From contig JAEUSQ010000059.1 in the NCBI GenBank assembly GCA_016788705.1, positions 20,449 to 84,448 on the forward strand: 64,000 bases of DNA. The letters are read 5' to 3'. Below are positions 59,868 through 64,000 of this stretch, one piece after another. The position numbers and the translations under genes are program-made. Position 1 is the stretch's first letter, and each line of letters starts with the position of its first letter. Under the pieces are notes generated by a model, which was given only the letters and a program-made list of their open reading frames with translations, ran no database searches and was not told the origin of the DNA. The DNA is from Bacteroidota Order II. bacterium. Lineage in GTDB: Bacteria; Bacteroidota; Rhodothermia; Rhodothermales; UBA2364.

Positions 59868-60551
59868 ATGAACATCCTTGTTATTGCCGCACACCCAGAC
59901 GACGAGGTTTTGGGCTGTGGCGGAACCATCGCCCGCCACATCGCAAATGGCCATACTGTACATGTTTGTATTTTAGGCGAGGGCGCAACCTCGCGCTTTG
60001 ACCGCCGCGAAGAGGCTCCTCGGCAACTTGTTGATTTTTTAGCCACAGCAAGCCAAAAAGCAGCTAACCTGCTTGGCGTTAGGTCCGTTCAGGCTTTGCA
60101 ATTGCCCGATCAACGCTTTGATACATTGCCTTTCTTAGACATGGTAAAACTCCTGACAAGCGTAATCGAAGAGAAAAAGCCAGAAGTGGTCTATACACAG
60201 CACGGAGGGGATCTGAACTTAGATCATACCATTACCTTTCGTGCCACCCTCACCGCTTGCCGCCCTCTTCAGGGCTGTCCTGTCCGTGCATTGTATGCGT
60301 ATGAAGTCCCTTCCTCCACCGAATATGCTTTTGGTAAGTTTTCTCCCATCTTTCAACCAGACACCTTTGTGGATATTTCCACTTTTCTTGCGGGTAAAAT
60401 AGCAGCCATGCAATGTTATGCACCCGAAATGCGCCCATTCCCCCATCCTCGCTCCGAGGAGGTGCTCCGTAGTATTGCCACTCGCTGGGGGTCACAAGTG
60501 GGGCTGGTAGCAGCAGAAGCCTTTCAAACCATCTTCCGCATTTGCTCCTAA
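59868..60551 (+). CDS. PIG-L/LmbE-family N-acetylglucosaminyl deacetylase
   Basis: ILVIAAHPDDEVLGCGGTIARH (AHPDDE zinc motif) and HGGDLNLDH. The start abuts the WbqC stop (TAAATG). Confidence 0.85.
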   Translation: MNILVIAAHPDDEVLGCGGTIARHIANGHTVHVCILGEGATSRFDRREEAPRQLVDFLATASQKAANLLGVRSVQALQLPDQRFDTLPFLDMVKLLTSVIEEKKPEVVYTQHGGDLNLDHTITFRATLTACRPLQGCPVRALYAYEVPSSTEYAFGKFSPIFQPDTFVDISTFLAGKIAAMQCYAPEMRPFPHPRSEEVLRSIATRWGSQVGLVAAEAFQTIFRICS

Positions 60552-60630
60552 AAAAACCTTTTTTTCTAACCAAATAACGTTTGACACAAGTATCTGACAA
60601 AGTTAGAAATTTAATTTACATGGTCATAAG

Positions 60631-60647
60631 ATGAATACTGTATTCAT
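60631..60647. promoter_or_regulatory. Perfect 8-1-8 palindrome, candidate TetR operator
   Basis: ATGAATAC-T-GTATTCAT at 60631-60647, 91 nt upstream of the tetR ATG and overlapped by a second palindrome, TTCATGAA. Confidence 0.5.
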
Positions 60648-60737
60648 GAATTGACCTAAAAGATCAGCCTGTATGGAAACCATGGAAAGTGTTCTCCGTT
60701 TTTAGGTTACTCCGCCCCAAAAACAACAATAATTGCT

Positions 60738-61427
60738 ATGGAATCCCTTTCACGCAAGGAAAGAGAACGATTGAACCGCCGTCGCGAAATGCTTCAGGCG
60801 GGGATTCGGGTATTTGCTGAAAAGGGATATGAACGGGCTTCGATAGAAGAGATTGCCCAACGCGCCGAGTTTGGCAAAGGGACGTTGTATCTCTATTTCC
60901 CAAAAGGAAAAGAAGAGATGTTACGTGCCATTGTTCAGGACCTTGCAGAAGAAGAATTTCAGTTGGTTGAAAATGTATTCCTGCAATCCCAGGAACAACA
61001 ACGATCCTTTGAACAAACTTTTCGGGCATTTATTCGCGCCTATTTAGACCATTATCACCAAGAAAAAGACCATTTTCGTTTGGTGGTAAAAGTCCTAAAC
61101 CGCCTGATGCTCTCGGATGAGGATGCGTTAAAAGAACTGGTTTTGTCGTTAAAAGCCAAAACGATTTCACGTTTTTCTGGTTTCTTAGAAGAAGCCATGC
61201 AGCGTGGTGAAGTCCGGTCTTTTCATGCAGAAGCCCTTACCCACATGATATTTGGCAATTTACATGGCTATATCATGTATGATACTTTTTTGCATAATCC
61301 CCCTTTGCCTTGTACCCCCACCCAGATAAGCCCTGCAAACGATGCCCAAGAGTGGCTTTGCTTGCTTTTATTACACGGGATTTCCCAACAGCCTTCTTCC
61401 ACAGCAGTACTCCCACGGTCTATTTAA
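60738..61427 (+). CDS. TetR/AcrR-family transcriptional regulator
   Basis: N-terminal HTH: RRREMLQAGIRVFAEKGYERASIEEIAQRAEFGKGTLYLYFPKGKEEM. Confidence 0.9.
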   Translation: MESLSRKERERLNRRREMLQAGIRVFAEKGYERASIEEIAQRAEFGKGTLYLYFPKGKEEMLRAIVQDLAEEEFQLVENVFLQSQEQQRSFEQTFRAFIRAYLDHYHQEKDHFRLVVKVLNRLMLSDEDALKELVLSLKAKTISRFSGFLEEAMQRGEVRSFHAEALTHMIFGNLHGYIMYDTFLHNPPLPCTPTQISPANDAQEWLCLLLLHGISQQPSSTAVLPRSI

Positions 61428-61435
61428 GAAACAAT

Positions 61436-63079
61436 ATGCGTTTTTTTCACCGTTATCTTCTCGCCCTTCTCTTCCTAATGCCCGGATTATTGGCAGCGCA
61501 ACCTACAAGTCCTCCCTCTCGAAAAGTCCATATGACCCTCGATGAGGCCATTCAAATCGGCTTGGTGAATAATTACCTGCTCCGTTCGGCTGCGCTTGGT
61601 CAATCCGAGGTAAATTCTCAGGTAGAAGAAGGTTTTAGCAACCTTTACCCCAAAATCAACCTTTCCGGCAATTACCAACGCAATTTGCTTAGTTCCAATC
61701 CATTTGCAGGCTCTAGTGCGGGTAATATTTTTACGGGTCTGGGGCAAATTGGCTGGCTGGGCTTTAATGAACAAGCCCGAACGGACAACGATGAAAGCAC
61801 CACACCGATCACCCTTCAGGAGTACTACCGCAGAATCGCCGAAGGCCAAACCGCTGCGGGCATTCCGACCAATAGCAGTGCAAACCCTTTTGCCGTAGAA
61901 AATAACGTTACAGGTAATATCGCCATCAGCCAGACTTTATACAATGCCGCAATTGGCGAAGGACTACGTGCAACACGGGTGCTTCAATCTATTACGGCTT
62001 CTGGATTTTTGCGCCAACAACAACAAATCGTAAGCCAGATCCGCAGTGCGTTTTATCGGGTGATGCTGGCACGCGAACAGGTTTCCGTCCTTCAGAACAG
62101 TATGGAACGCCTAACGGAGACCACCCGCGATGTCGGCAAGACTGTCCAACAGGGCCTTGCTCCTCGTTTTCAACGCCTTTCTGCCGAAGTAGAATTGGGC
62201 AACCTGAATACACAAAAAATTGTTGCGGCCAACAATTCAGCACTTGCCCTTTCTGGTCTAAAACTTCTGCTTGGGCTACCTATAGAGACCGAAATTGACA
62301 TCAAAGCCTCGTGGGAAGAACTCACGGAAAAAGCAAGCGAAACCGATGGCCTAAATTTGCGTGCAGCCCTTGATGTGGCCATGAACAACCGTCCGGATTT
62401 GGTGCAGGCCCAAAAAAACATTGTCCTTCAGGAAATTCAGAAAGGGGTCACCACAGCCTTGGGCAAGCCCATTGTGAGTGCCTTTTCCAATATTTCATAC
62501 ATAGGACGCATCCCCAGTAACCGCACCTACTCGGTACAGGATGCCAATGATCCGTTCAAATTCACCAAAGAGCGTAATCGTATTTTCAGTGACGGGTATT
62601 GGGATCCCAATATAACGGTCGGATTACAGGTTTCGTGGAGTCTTTATGACGGTGGTACAAGAAAATACCAACGGCAACGCAACCAGCTATCCATCGAACG
62701 TGCAAAAATTCAGGAAGTACAATTGCAGGAAAGTATTCGATTAGAAGTAGAACAAGCCTTTTTATCCCTTTCTTCAGCTTTCGAACGCATGACAAGTCAG
62801 CGACACAACATCGCCCGTGCCGAAGAAAACTACCGAATCACCTCCACCCGTCTTCGCGAGGGTGTTGGAAACCAGTTAGAAGAACGCCAAGCCTCCGAAC
62901 TCTTAGACCAGAGTAAATTGGCATATGTAGTGGCGATCTTCGACTACCTCAATGCCAAAAATAGCCTTCAGACTGCGATGGGTAAATTACCTTTTGTAGA
63001 ATCGAAAGTCCCTGAATTTGCTCCGGCACGCACTGGCGGCATCTGGAATTATGTCAATAAGTTTTATAAAGTACAATAA
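61436..63079 (+). CDS. TolC-family outer-membrane efflux protein
   Basis: Signal peptide MRFFHRYLLALLFLMPGLLAAQ from the ATG at 61436. Two OEP repeats (LTLDEAIQIGLVNNYLLRSA...; LRAALDVAMNNRPDLVQAQ...). The track start at 61310 overlaps tetR. Confidence 0.85.
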   Translation: MRFFHRYLLALLFLMPGLLAAQPTSPPSRKVHMTLDEAIQIGLVNNYLLRSAALGQSEVNSQVEEGFSNLYPKINLSGNYQRNLLSSNPFAGSSAGNIFTGLGQIGWLGFNEQARTDNDESTTPITLQEYYRRIAEGQTAAGIPTNSSANPFAVENNVTGNIAISQTLYNAAIGEGLRATRVLQSITASGFLRQQQQIVSQIRSAFYRVMLAREQVSVLQNSMERLTETTRDVGKTVQQGLAPRFQRLSAEVELGNLNTQKIVAANNSALALSGLKLLLGLPIETEIDIKASWEELTEKASETDGLNLRAALDVAMNNRPDLVQAQKNIVLQEIQKGVTTALGKPIVSAFSNISYIGRIPSNRTYSVQDANDPFKFTKERNRIFSDGYWDPNITVGLQVSWSLYDGGTRKYQRQRNQLSIERAKIQEVQLQESIRLEVEQAFLSLSSAFERMTSQRHNIARAEENYRITSTRLREGVGNQLEERQASELLDQSKLAYVVAIFDYLNAKNSLQTAMGKLPFVESKVPEFAPARTGGIWNYVNKFYKVQ

Positions 63080-63125
63080 CCGGATAATTCCCAAAGGTCC
63101 ATCATTACCCAAATCAAACCCTAAC

Positions 63126-64000
63126 ATGAAACACTTTCAATACGTCGTTATTCTTCCCGTTTCGTTGATGCTGGCCTTCGTTTTTTCGGCCTGTAACCAA
63201 GGGAATAAACCGGCCTCTACTGCTGAAAACAGCACCGAATTGACTTCTGCTATGATTCCGGTGGAAACCTTATTGGCTGGCGCTGGCAATTTTGACAATA
63301 TGATTCAAATTCCGGGCGTGGTCGAAACATCGAATGATGTGACCGTTTCGGCGCTAAGTGCTGGCATTTTGCAATACGTTGCTCCCGTTGGCAAATACGT
63401 TTCTGCCGGAGAAACCGTCGCTATTGTGGATCCTGCCGTAGCCGAAGCCGCTTTGTCCCAAGCCAAAGCCGCGCTGAGTGCTGCCGAAGCCGCTGTAGCC
63501 AATGCAGAAGCACAACTCCGACTTGCCGAAGATGCCTTCCGCAGACAAGAACCCCTCTACCGCGACTCCATTATTTCTGCCCTCGAATTCGAGGGCGTCA
63601 AAACCCGGCTCGCCGCAGCCAAAGCCGTCGTAAACCAAACCAATGCAGGAAAAGCACAAGCACAAGCTGCCATCTCTCTTGCCCAAAAACAATTGTCCAA
63701 TACCCGTGTGGTTGCACCATTTTCTGGAAAAATAGAGCGCAAACTGGCTGAGGTGGGATCTACTGCTGCGCCAGGATCACCGATCGTCCAGATCGTGAAT
63801 GCCGGAAATGTAAAGATAACAGGGGGGGTATCGGAGAAGTATGCTGCAACTGTTAGACTCGGAACGAATGCCTTTGTCCGGTTTCCAACACTCGGAAACC
63901 AAGAAACCATTGGCAGTATCAGTTTTATCGGGACCAATGTCAACCCTACCAGCCGCACCTTCCCCATCGAAATTCAGGTGGCCAATCCAGATGGTTTGTT
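63126..64000 (+). CDS. Efflux RND periplasmic adaptor (membrane-fusion) lipoprotein, 3'-truncated by the window end
   Basis: Not in the ORF track (runs off the edge). Hand translation from ATG 63126 gives MKHFQYVVILPVSLMLAFVFSAC (lipobox) ...PGVVETSNDVTVSALSAGILQYV...coiled-coil AEAALSQAKAALSAAEAAVANAEAQLRLAE...TRVVAPFSGKIERKLAEVG, open to position 64000. Confidence 0.8.
   Translation, partial: MKHFQYVVILPVSLMLAFVFSACNQGNKPASTAENSTELTSAMIPVETLLAGAGNFDNMIQIPGVVETSNDVTVSALSAGILQYVAPVGKYVSAGETVAIVDPAVAEAALSQAKAALSAAEAAVANAEAQLRLAEDAFRRQEPLYRDSIISALEFEGVKTRLAAAKAVVNQTNAGKAQAQAAISLAQKQLSNTRVVAPFSGKIERKLAEVGSTAAPGSPIVQIVNAGNVKITGGVSEKYAATVRLGTNAFVRFPTLGNQETIGSISFIGTNVNPTSRTFPIEIQVANPDGL

Overview
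64-kb chromosomal segment, roughly 50% GC by eye and densely coding on both strands (about 40 CDS). I found no rRNA, tRNA, CRISPR array, transposase or integrase. Several features point to a Bacteroidota/FCB-group bacterium (inference only): TonB-dependent receptors fronted by CarboxypepD_reg domains, a PF09820/PDDEXK_9 ATPase, a non-lipoprotein giant alpha-2-macroglobulin, and a DUF11/SdrD-B mega-adhesin. All product calls come from reading motifs in the supplied translations or from my own hand translations; no searches were run. Layout: (1) 1-10768, minus strand: the N-terminal 3,589 codons of a giant three-block repeat adhesin. It is absent from the ORF track because it runs off the window edge. 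(2) 11.2-37.8 kb: mostly housekeeping genes (rRNA-methyltransferase-like, gamma-CA, recQ, fused pabB-pabC, plsC, pgi, xseA/xseB/dxs, aroA), interspersed with two TonB-dependent receptors, an orphan histidine kinase and an ECF sigma/ZAS anti-sigma pair. (3) 38-53 kb: S8 and M16 peptidases, a 2,126-aa thioester alpha-2-macroglobulin and, between them, a three-gene minus-strand operon (PF09820/PDDEXK_9 ATPase-nuclease, a 149-aa protein with a histone-H1-like basic tail, and an ArsA/Get3-HSP20 ATPase). This operon is my best candidate for an undescribed system. (4) 53.5-60.6 kb: a compact divergent 7-gene sugar-modification cluster containing a sharply AT-rich intragenic patch. (5) 60.7-64 kb: the start of a tetR-tolC-MFP efflux operon (MFP truncated at the window end). 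Non-coding points worth follow-up are a strong terminator hairpin plus an overlapping uORF in the pabBC leader, and several perfect palindromes or direct repeats in promoter regions.
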